This document shows positions 1-11,696 of a DNA stretch of 64,000 nucleotides, piece after piece (position 1 is the first letter of the stretch; each line of letters opens with the position of its first letter). The DNA comes from Trichoplax adhaerens. Lineage: Eukaryota > Animalia > Placozoa. The position numbers and the translations under genes are program-made. The DNA lies in assembly GCF_000150275.1 (NCBI RefSeq), contig NW_002060951.1:1560297-1624296 (forward strand), written 5' to 3'. Under the pieces are notes generated by a model. The model saw only the letters and a program-made list of their open reading frames with translations, was not told where the DNA came from and ran no database searches.

Positions 1-34
1 GAAAAAACCTGCTCCTATTTCATTCATATCTCAC

Positions 35-2866
35 CGTTGCTGAGGCAATATTTCCACTGAATATCGATGATGTTATTGCTAGGGATGCGGTTTGAAAGCA
101 TGCAAAACCAGTGCCTTGAATACCTCGGGTAATAAGACAAAATCCAACAAATGCCGCATTATTCAGAATGTGTGGTAAAAACCTAGGAGAACGATGGAAA
201 GAAGATATACTCTTATGAGATATATTGCTACATGTATAAATTCAGCTAGTTATAGCGAGTAATACCACATACTTTTTTACTTCTATTTTACATCAATGAA
301 CGACTAAACAATTTTGACTAGATTGAGGCTAGGTACGTAAATTAAATAGCAGATACTCGTAAATTGTAAAGAACTCGATCATAATGTATTTATTAGAAAT
401 GCTAATTACGGCAATACTAAAGACTTGCTTTATACTATACTGGAATATAGAATAATCTGAAAATTTTTAAAATTCCTCTATTTCATCAAAATACTCGTAC
501 TATCTTATGCAAGGGTGTGACGATAGAATTTATAATATCTCTTAAAGTAAATTGTATTATAATAGTAGTAATAATGCAGTCCAGTACACATATTGATAAT
601 AAATATATAATCTACGAATTCAACTCGACAGAAGGCGAATTACAGTACACGATTAACAACTACAACACCGCATCCTACAAACTTACCCAAAGATTACGCT
701 ACAGCATGATTCAATCAATATGCCAACGCTTAAAACAAACACAACCCCAATATGAGGCATCTTTTAATTGGTGGAGTATGAAATAGAAAAATAAGTAATA
801 TTTAAAAATTTTGTAATTAATGAAATATCAAGTCTCAATTTTTATACAGTTTATCGAATACGACGATACTAAACAATATAGCACAGTATCTGAAACGATA
901 CCCCGTACTATTAATATACAGTTACAATTGTTCCTACAGTGCTGAACTACTCTCGATAAGAACAGTTTACACATATAATACAGATTTCGAAGAAATTTAG
1001 AAAGAACTGTAATAGAGATTGTCAGCATCTAAAGAATTAACTCACCATCAACCCACATACGAAAGAAAATAGAAAGTTAGTAGCCGGATATATAGCGAAG
1101 ATTAAGCCAACTTCAAACTGATTGACATTTCTGTTGTGAGCCTGAAACCGATTACAAGAATAAAATGAATACTATCCAATTTCCTCTTTCACTCGGAATA
1201 TAATCTGATTGTCTTTAACGGGCTATCAATTAACTAATTAATTACATTATACTGTATATATTATATCATATATATTACAGCAACACACAAAATTAGGAAA
1301 TTTGCACACAACTCATTGCTGAAGATAGCATACCAAGGAATTTTAATTAACACAGGATTTACGATTGCTGCTGTCAAAAATAAATTCATTCACGATTGGG
1401 GAGTAAAATAGTCTACGTGATGTAGTATAACATGTCAAACGTTAGCTTAATTATCACTTCAACAATATTGCGTTGCTACAGTTTAAATTGTTAATAATCA
1501 AGTTTTTTGTAATAAGCAATTAATCCAATTGTCGATCTTACATTCTATTGTATCTGTATCACTTGATTTTTAAACATAGACTTCCTATTATTTAATTATA
1601 GTCATTTTCTTTCAATTCAATTCGAAAGAACATCGATTAGTAATTAATTGATTTACTTAACGGCTATCAATATTTAGACAATCAGATTGAGTTCAGAAAT
1701 ATTGTATAATACAACATCAACTACGGTTTACGGGATTACCGTAATAATAACATACAAGTAATACTGCTCACATAACTCAGTTTAATCATGGATTACTATT
1801 TAGTAATTGTCATTACCACAGTTGTGACATAGATAACTTTCCCTATTGAAAATATTGCTAGTTCTTAGTGAAATTATCTTATCAGCTAAATACTTAAGAC
1901 CCGCTCCACACTAGATAAAAATTCTTTTTATTAGCATAAAAGAAATTTTACTACAACTTCATCAGCCTCCTCTAGCTAGTTAATTATGAAGCTCTAGATA
2001 TCTAGCTCTTTTATACTTTTAATATGCTTAACCTACACAAAAGTGATATAATCAAAATACATATAAATTGTAAATTTAAAGTCTATAACAAGTTTAGCAT
2101 CGATTTACATGAGACAGAATCTTATTAATTCATTTTACATGCTATTTTAGTTTGATAATTAACAGCTAGAGTAGTCATATTGTCTGACACTAATATACGA
2201 AAATAGCCATTTTAAATTATATCACTCCAAATTCCTATTAACAACATAATGTCTAACCCATCTCTGTCATCATCTATATTTTCTAACAATTAACAATTTA
2301 ATGGTACTTCCATCAACAGTTTTACTAGTACAATTAACATTAACCATTTCTCTATTAAATCTGTTCATGAATACTCCCTTCAGACAATATAAATTTTATC
2401 TTTACATTATCCATATCGTAACAGTAATCCATGATTTAGTTATTATCCATGTTGAATATTGAATGGCAAAAAATTACCCACAACGTGCTGTACCTTTTTA
2501 CGTATTTAAGTAAGGGTATACTCGTACGTATGACAAACCTACGTTACGAAGTGACTTTATAAAATGTTAAAGTGTATGCAATCTATTATTTTATATTTTA
2601 TTTGTCAAATTCTATATTCTTCTCCTAAGTATGTAAATCATGTAGAAAAGTACAGTGCTGTAGAATGACATCCACGAGATTGTAAACAAGAGATACGATT
2701 AACTTACCACTGTTGGAAAGAATGGGGCAAGGACAGCATACATTGTTGTCACCAGAAAGCTGAGAATAGATAACAGCCCTAAGATGATTATCTTCGTTCG
2801 ACGGTTAAACGTAGGTTGTAATATATCAACAGTCCCATCCTGAATTTTATCGGTAGCATCATCCAT
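35..2866 (-). CDS. SLC18B1: SLC18B1-like MFS transporter, copy 1 (first four coding exons; gene continues beyond window start)
   Basis: GT-AG exons read on the minus strand: 2708-2866 (MDDATDKIQ...MYAVLAPFFPTV), ~1046-1141 (AHNRNVNQFEVGLIFAIYP...), 687-760 (MPHIGVVFVLSVGILIESCCSVIFG) and ~35-182 (FLPHILNNAAFVGFCLITRGIQGTGFACFQTASLAITSSIFSGNIASAT). Phases are compatible, MFS motif B (RxxQG) is present, and the exon pattern matches the paralogues at 44-64 kb. Confidence 0.85.
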
Positions 2867-3609
2867 CTAGATGGTAGCATTGTATTGATTATACTGGTGC
2901 GAGTGTACCTCCACTTGCGTAGCCAAAGACTACTGCAAAGACGTTGAAGATTTTGGAAGCAAACTTATCACTTTGTACTTTCAAGGATACAACACGTTAC
3001 CAATCTGCCTTTGCCTTGAATGGCGTTCCAAAAATATCCTTTTTAACTTTAGTTTATATACTGTACTTATATTGCATCGATGACTATAATATAGTATACG
3101 TTAAAAGGTTTCAACCTAAAGTTTCGAAAGAAAAAAGTTCATGGTGTGAACGTACTTTTAAGTGTGGTGGAGTGCCAAAATTGACTAGAAGTATTGTTTC
3201 TGTGCTTCCAATAATAATAATAGGCTACAATTGTTAACATCCTTCATTATCGTCCCGCAACACAATCCTCATCATATAGTACCGTAATTGCAAAGTACAA
3301 TCTCACGGAGTTGTAAAAATTCTTTTTTTAGAAATTCCTGATAATAACGTAATGCACAGTCATGGACAACTTTATAATAGGGGTATGATTGTGGCTGGTG
3401 AAACTTTGGGGAAAAATGGATAAACAATTTTTTTTAAAGAAATGCCGTGTACCTAGAAGAAGGTCTGTACTAGTATGCTTGGCATTACAGTAGTCAACGA
3501 ACGTTAACCTGCCAATGTTCGACCATCCTCCTGTCTGTTACCTAAGATTGAACTTCATTGAATGAATTATTCGATTCGACAATCGATCCCCATTGCAATC
3601 CTCTAATCT

Positions 3610-4860
3610 GTAGACTGTACAGTGTACAGTAGTGTAACAAGGTACACAGTATACTGTACTATACAGAATCAAGCTATCGAAATCTGTTAGCTGATCTGAA
3701 TCAATGCTTGTTTTTGTCGCCTTGGCTAATAGCTGTCCTAGTTTGGCAACACCTTTACCGATGCTGAGTCTGTAGGTAAGTTAGCACTCTATGGTCCTAC
3801 AGTACTGTACAGTACTGTACGGTGTGGTACAGGTTATTGTACAGAGATGTTTTGTACTGTAGAGATCTTCACGGTCTGGTCCGAGTCATGGTCTACTAGT
3901 CTACAGTACTGTACACTGTACACTGTAACCACTAGTATTAAATGGACAATTGAGAAAAAGCGGAGTTTTCGGGGAGTTAGAGCCCATCCCTTTTAGACCT
4001 CTTTATTAGAACACAGTATTATCAGTTCAGGAAAGGAATTCTTCAGTTATTTTGCTAATGTGCTGTATTTTATTTCTCTTACTCTACTGTACAGTACAGT
4101 ATACTATTGACTGAGTAAAGTACTCTATATAAACTATCAACTTAAGAAGCCATGAGCATAAAAAATCAGTCCATTTTCAACTTGCCGGAGTTTTATCACC
4201 GGTAAAATTCTTGCCTGTCATGACTTACTCATATACTGTACGAAAGGGAAGAGCAGACTTTGAAATCTTAGCTAGTCTCTGAAATTTTTAACTTTTAATA
4301 CAAGCCTACAAGGTCTCTACGCAGTAGTACATATAATATGAAGTCATTTGAATTGCAATAAAGGAAGTCGATTTTTCCATCGAAATTCTAAAACGAAGGT
4401 AAAACATACATACTGTACACTATGAGTCTATGACTGTACAAAATAACTTATTATTATTGTTATTATTATTATTACTAGTGCAAACTCCCGTCGCTTTGCT
4501 GACGGTTTACGATAATGTGCTCATTTAACAGATAGTATTACCATTTGTCGTAGACCTGTCAGAGGTTCAGTAACTTTATACCGTGTACTGTGTAGTAGTA
4601 AAGTGTATGACATATACTGTACATACCGCATTTCTCTAATCTTACAGTAACTCTCCATTTTTAGCTATGTGGAACACTCTTACCCACTCATTCATACTGT
4701 ATAATATATATATATATATATATGTATATATTAGTGCAAGCTCCCGTCGCTTTACTGTCGAAGGTTTTACCTAGTCTTACCTTGATTTACAGTACAGTAC
4801 TGTAGTATACAGTACTATATACCCGAGTGTACCGTCTATACACTGTACTGTCCAGTAGAA
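3610..4860. promoter_or_regulatory. TACAGTA/TACTGTA-rich clusters in the divergent SLC18B1/FBXO10 intergenic region
   Basis: Dense runs at ~3615-3666, 3798-3862, 3900-3930, 4085-4105 and 4787-4851, including the perfect 22-nt palindrome TACAGTACTGTACAGTACTGTA (3798-3819). The regulatory role is inferred from position only. Confidence 0.45.
4475..4770 (-). mobile_element. Non-autonomous Helitron-like remnant with two tandem 3' termini
   Basis: The minus strand of 4474-4505 reads CCGTC-AGCAAAGC-GACGG (hairpin), 9 nt, then CTAG|T, which is the classic Helitron 3' end. A near-identical second copy at 4731-4770 ends in CTAA next to a (TA)n tract (~4703-4730). Confidence 0.6.
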
Positions 4861-5919
4861 ATGGCCCCGCATAGAAAAACTGTGCATGATGAATATATAT
4901 TGAGTTAAACCAGCGTTTAACGCTGTATTTCAGCATAGTACCACTGTGCTAGTGTGTTTCTGCTTAGTATGTTACTCTACTGTATCACCATCGCTACCGG
5001 CAAAATGGTTGATGATTAATCAACAACGTCAAGTAAGGTTCTAAAATCCTCTCTCATTTTTTTCTATTGAAGTTAGATGGCATATCATTAAATACCGAAA
5101 AATAGAGTGGTATATCGTTAATTTTCCCTTGAAGTTATTGCCGTCTACATGTATAATATATAGGTTCAAATTGACATTTACCAAGCGTAGAAAATTAGCC
5201 GATCAAGCCTAGTGTTGATGTAAATGAAGATGTGGTAGCATCTTTTTCTGTTGATGGCGCTGACTTACTGTCTTCCATCAATAATCTTGTAGAGTAAATT
5301 AAGTTGATCGAAAATTTGACATTGGATTGTTATAGCACAAGGACAATATCCTTCAAGAGAAGGATAGATATTCTGTACGAGCGATCGCTAAAATAGCACA
5401 TTACCAACTATACAAATGGGATAGTGTATAGCCCTACTGCAGCATATACTACACCTACGCATATTCTGTGGCAGAGAGTGAGAACAGTCACTAGAAAATA
5501 CAACAATTCAACTGTAATCAAATAACAAAATGCGTAAACAACGATCTTAACATGACTTAATTAATGATAAAATACTAACTAGTGAATAAAATTGGTCCTC
5601 CACGCTAACAGTGTTCAGTAGTGTACTACAAAACACCATAGAAATACAATAATAGCCAAGTAGTTACACATCCAATGACTGTAGATAATAATGTTTCATG
5701 TAGTATATGATCCAAAAAAGTGAAATATTAGGGTTATCGTTCTGATCATAACTGAATAGTGCAATACACTTTACCTTCATAAAATACGTAGAAAGTTTTC
5801 TAATACTTGCTTGCTTTATCTGTTATACCATGATAATAGCAAGAATTCAACATCAGCCGATTATTCTCGCCTTGGCCGTGTCCAACTGCAAGTAATCTGG
5901 ACATCATTTAGAATAGAAT

Positions 5920-8900
5920 ATGGCAAGTTGTGCTGCTATCACCAATATCCGTGCCAATAATAATAATAAGAATAATAATATGAATAATACCGTGGATAAT
6001 AGCCATCGATTACCTGTGGAGGTATGGCACTTAATTTTTCAGTACTTGGATGTTCTCGATTTATGCCGCTGTTGTCAAGTGTGTAATCAATGGAATCAAC
6101 TCATTTGTGGCAATGATCGAACTTACTGGCAACGATTATATCTTCATAATCGTCACCATATTCATCCGAATTGGCCTAATGATAGTGATAAAGACATTGT
6201 GTCATGGATGAAAGCGATTAAACATAATTACTTGGTTCAACACTTTTGGTCTAGATTAGGTGATGAAAATTCTCTACTTGCCAACTTATTCCGCAATCGT
6301 AAACGTGGCTTGGCATTACCACGTTTTAATACTGTTACCGTTGGTCGTGGCCAAGATTACGACCAATTAGTAGTTGCCTTAACCAGCATCCCTAGTCATG
6401 AATTTATTCGTATCATCGTCTATCCTGGACGCTATCAAGGTAATCTTGTTACCATTAAACGAACTGCTCCTCTCGAAATAATTGGCCATGGCGATAGAAA
6501 GGATATTATAATTGACATACCACTGATTCAGCAGGGTTTCAATATGCGATGTGAAAATGTCACATTCAAATGTGATGATGGCTATAACCGACGAATCGAG
6601 GTAAAATAATCTTTTCGTTCTAAATAATTATAAACATGATTAAAGTTTCTACACATTATATCATCTTCAATACGGAATATTTGAAGGAAGCATAAAGATA
6701 GATTGTAGCGTATTTTGCCTTGTCGTACCGGAAAATGTAGATTATGGCATAGACAATATATCGCAATTGCAATCGGCAAATATTTCATTTCTATCATTAA
6801 TTGTGCTTACTGATACTAATATCACTCGCGAATGACAACTAGTTAACATCCTTTTTAAGTCATGAATAAATAAATACGGGTGCTCCTATCGCATTGGGTA
6901 CAAATTTAATTTTATTTGAGTTAAAAAATTGGATATAAAGACATAAAATAGTATATTATGCCAGTAAAAATTAGATCTATGACGTACTTTTAAATTCCCT
7001 ATTCTATTTATCAATGCTATAATATCGAAGGATTAGTTGTAATAGTTACACATGTCGTAATGATATTATAGTGAAAGCAAATGTATCTTTCACCGGCCCC
7101 TTTACATGCCAAGTGCGCTAACATTGTAACACGATACTTCATTATCATACAGTAGTCGCTCATGCCGCAACGATTGATCGTACAGAAAGGGAATTCATCC
7201 ATATTTTGCTGTTGTTTGTATTAGATGAAATTTTTTTTCTAAGTTATTACTTTTTTATCTGCTAATTAGATGATAGCAATATGAATAAGCTAAACAATAT
7301 ATGTTTACTTGATTAACTACTTGTAGGTCACGTCTGGTCATTTACAGATGGATATATGTTTAATTGATTGTTTTGCTATTACCATCCATTTCCCCGGTAG
7401 CGGCCATATACGCTATTGTGAATTAATTGGTTATTCCTATATTTGGCTCTATGATGCCGATATTGGTCTGATTGAACATTGTAAATTTGTGAACACTTCA
7501 GAGTCTATTTTCGTCGCGGGATGGGATCGAATCGATAATCGCAAATTTCGATCGATCCATTTTACTAAACATTGGTATGAGTTTGTTGTAGTTGATAATA
7601 AGTGTCCGAATTCATGGGATAAGAAAGAATCCACGAGTAGTTTACATAATGAGAACGACGCCAACATATCCAATAGTAATAGCAGCTTATCAAATGAATA
7701 TAACGTCATTGCTGACAAAGCTAAAACTATATCGAATTTAGTACATGGACTTGTTTCAACCGACGATTTGAATAGCATCCATAATAGCATCAGCCATGGA
7801 TCTAATTGTAGCAATAATGAAGATCCTAACCCTCGACAATCTAGCAATCTTGAAGAAAGTGCTCCTTCTTGCAATGTAGAATGCACCGATATAGAATGTA
7901 ATAATATGGAAAGTACATCGGTTAGATCTGTACGAACTGATGAAAGTTGTAATGATAGCGATGCGTTGTATCAAAATTTTCATTTAATGAGCGATCAAGA
8001 TAACGATTCACGTTACGGTAGAGATGATAACATATCAAGAATGGATCGTCAAATGTACGACATGAATTATTTGGATGTCGATGTAGGTGATTTAGCCGAA
8101 ATTTTATCGCATGAATATCTAGAATCTCCTACTAATCAACCTGATGATAACACCAGTATAACTGATGTCCTTAATGCTAGTAGTAAATCGTTGAATCAAT
8201 TACTTGCTAAGCATACAAAACCGCCTCAACCTAAATCGAAAGAGTTAGTGGAAGAAAACCTTAATGAAACCAAAGCAGTCATTATAAGAAATTGTTGTTT
8301 TATCAACTGTGAAGCGGTTATATCAATGCGTTCGCATGCTACAGTGAGCGTTGTAAACAATATGATGTCATCAATATCGCGTGGAGTACGCTGTGTGGGT
8401 GAATCTAGTTTATATATGATTGATAATTTCATTACCGACTGCCATCTATCTGGTGTTTATATTCGAGAGAAATCTACCGGTAAATATTTTCAATAGCAGA
8501 TATTAGTATTCTGGATACCCTTTTCATACGATTTTGTGTGCATTGTTTTCCTATTTCTGACCGTAATAAAGACTGCAAGCTATATTTAGGGTATATTTAG
8601 AATATAAACTTAATATGCGTAATCTCATCACTCACATAGGTTTAATCGATCGTAATATATTCATCGGTGTCGGCGAAGCAGCAATTGATATCAGAAGTGA
8701 AGCAAATCCAACGGTCCAGCGCAATGTAATTGAAGATGGCTTAAGGTCTGGAATTGTGATTATGGAGTACGGGCAGGGCAAAATATTATCTAATCTTATA
8801 GTCAGAAATAGAGAATCTGGTATTCATATTTTAATTAATGGCAAGACTATTATCTGGTAAGTATTTAGTAAGTAATTACGAGTTATACTAGTTAATAATT

Positions 8901-10247
8901 ACTCAGAGCAGCTACGAACTATATATACTGCAGTATATTCGAAGTTGTTTTTGACTACCATTGATGTGAAAATCACATTATCAATTGTAGCAATAATTTA
9001 ATAACTGAAAATGGCGCTGGTGGTATAACTGTTGGTGACTCAGGAAATGGTTTTATTATTGGCAATACGATTAAAGAAAGTCATTGGGCAGGTATCGATG
9101 TGTGCAATGGAGCAAAACCTTACATAGCTAGGAATGAAATTATAGACGGCGCATCCGTTGGTATTATCCTTGGAGATAATAGTGGTGGAAAGATAGAATT
9201 CAACAAAATTTCGGGTAGGATGTATGCGATATTTTAAGTGATAGTATGATTACTTTACAATTTTTGTTATAGATGATGAAACGGGCAAAAAATTACTTAC
9301 AAATGATGCTATCAAATTCTTAACAGCATCATTATTATTCTCTTTTGCTAAATTAATTATTGTCATATTATTGTCATATAGGTAACAATGGAGTTGGTAT
9401 TAGCGTCAGCTTAACGTCAAGTTCAGTAATACAATGGAATACAATTTGCGATAATACTTTCCATGGTGCATTGCTATCATCAGGAAATCACAATTATCAT
9501 ATCTATGATGAAATTGATAATTACAATGAACCCGATCAAAGTTTAATATCGTACAACTCCAAGCTGATATTTAACGTCTTTTGTCGTAACAAGAAATTTG
9601 GAATTTGCATCGATGGTTATAAAGTAGCATTCTTAAAAGGAAATAGCATTTTTGGCAATACGGAAGGAGGTTTGATTGTATCAAATACGTACGATGCAAA
9701 AATTATCGAAAACGATATCTCAGCTAATGGTGGATATGGAGTAGTAATCAGTAGTGACGGTAAAGCTACTCTTGATGGCAATGGAATCTATGACAATCAG
9801 GACTGCTGTGTTAAAATTGATGGACATTGTGCATTGAAGAATAACGATCTCTGCTGTAATATTAACAGTACTATTATAGTAGGCGCGACGGCAACGTCAT
9901 ATATTAGTAATAACCGGATATTTTCTAACGGATCATATGGTCTGTTTCTACAAGAAGGGTCACAATCTTTAATTGAAGATAATAAGATTTACTATTGTAA
10001 TAATGCAGCTGTACATAAGCATGAAAATTGTATAGCCACTCTGCAAAACAACTGCTGTTCGTTACATCCACCATCAACATCGATAAATCCTTCTGTTCCT
10101 TGGGCGGATGATACTAATACTGGACTAAGACCTTTGATTACTACGCCATTACAAGCACCTAAAATTTCACTACCTTCGTTACGTGCTGAATCATCTCCTA
10201 AAGGCTGTAATTGTGGACAGCCTAGTCAAGTATGCAATATTTTGTAA
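5920..10247 (+). CDS. FBXO10: F-box only protein 10 (F-box plus parallel beta-helix/CASH repeats, C-terminal CaaX)
   Basis: Five exons: 5920-6600, 7327-8479, 8640-8856, 8991-9214, 9382-10247, all GT-AG and in phase. F-box LPVEVWHLIFQYLDVLDLCRCCQVC; segments HPNWPN and TSGHLQMD..IHFPGSGHIRYC resemble FBXO10; many PbH1 repeats; ends in CNIL*. Confidence 0.9.
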
Positions 10248-11696
10248 TCTATTTGCGATCATCATCGTTTACAATAACGACAATCGCTTCGTAAAGTAAA
10301 TTGTACATGTGTATTTTTATTTTACTTAAACTTTCAGCTACCTATCGCTAATCGTACTGTATATTAATTGCCTGCTCGTGTGGCAGCATTACGTAGGCCT
10401 CAACTGAATGACATGCATGCCTGGCATGTGCTCATATTCGTAGCATATGAGCAATGTTTCATCAACAGTGTTGTAATATAACAACTACAGCACTAATTTT
10501 ACCTTAGTAAATAGAACGTAAAAGTGAAGTTAATTAGGGGCCAGTTATAATATTTTTAAGTTATCAAGTTTTAAGCATGGCTGTCTCATCATATGTCCAA
10601 TATAAATGTGATATGTATGTAATATGTAAATATAAGTATATATGCACAATATATTCTACTTCGACCTTAAAACTTCCACATGTAACACCTATTTTATGAA
10701 TTACTACTTCGAATATTATATTTAAGCAAATTTCAGATAAAATATGTATTACTAGACATGATATTATTCCATCACTTGACCAGCGCTATGATATATTATT
10801 AAGCTAGATGTTCCAATTAATATGAATTTACAGACCTTTATGATATAGTGCCAAAATCCTGATTGCATTTCTAACATTGATTCTTTCGGAGAGAATTATT
10901 CTTTTTGGCCGTTAATTATGAAGCCTTACTTAAAGAAGCGTATTAAACGTTCTTGTATACTATTATTTTACTTTATCAAATATCAAACTGTAATAATCGA
11001 TTTATTTGTACATTTAGAAGCGATGAAAATAGTTAGCATAATAATTTGATTGATAATATTATATAGGAATGTATAAATGCGTAATGTAGCTGGATGTTCC
11101 AAACAAGTATTCATCGAATAGATTTAATATCGATAGATCAGAATTAGCTGCACGGGAAATACAATTGTGTATTGTTGCGCACATTATTCAAAACAGAATA
11201 ATACAGCATGGCGATATTTTTGAGTTGGTACATCTATAATTAATGTTTATTAATTTATGATCTGTTATCCGATATATATTATACAAGGTATAATTGATTA
11301 GTTAAGAATTATTATATAAATTTCCTTTTATTTACCCTTATTTCATGTTTGGTGTCTTAAAATATATTAGCAATTATTACTATTATAGTATTCGTGTTAA
11401 ACAAATATAATTAGTAAAATAAGGTAATAGAGATATGGTAAAACTGAAGACTAGCACATCAGATGCGCTAGCAAACCTGTTGTACAGTGCATCAATACAA
11501 GAAATTTGTTGATGAGCACATTCATTAGTAAGTTAGAGGACAGTGAATTACTATTAAATGGGTTGTCATTGAAATTTTTTGATAAGTAGATAATTATGTC
11601 ATCATGCACATAAAATATTCTTTATAAATTTGCATACAGAATTAAAAATACATGTATCAGTCTTCGACAATTAATCCAATGATTTGTATTGATTCG

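Noticed and set aside
517-1028. ORFs 517-786 (+) and 828-1028 (-)
   Set aside because: The first is antisense to an SLC18B1 copy 1 exon and the second lies inside one of its introns. Neither has recognisable motifs.
7449-8432. Minus-strand ORFs of 145, 75 and 68 aa
   Set aside because: Antisense shadows of FBXO10 exon 2.
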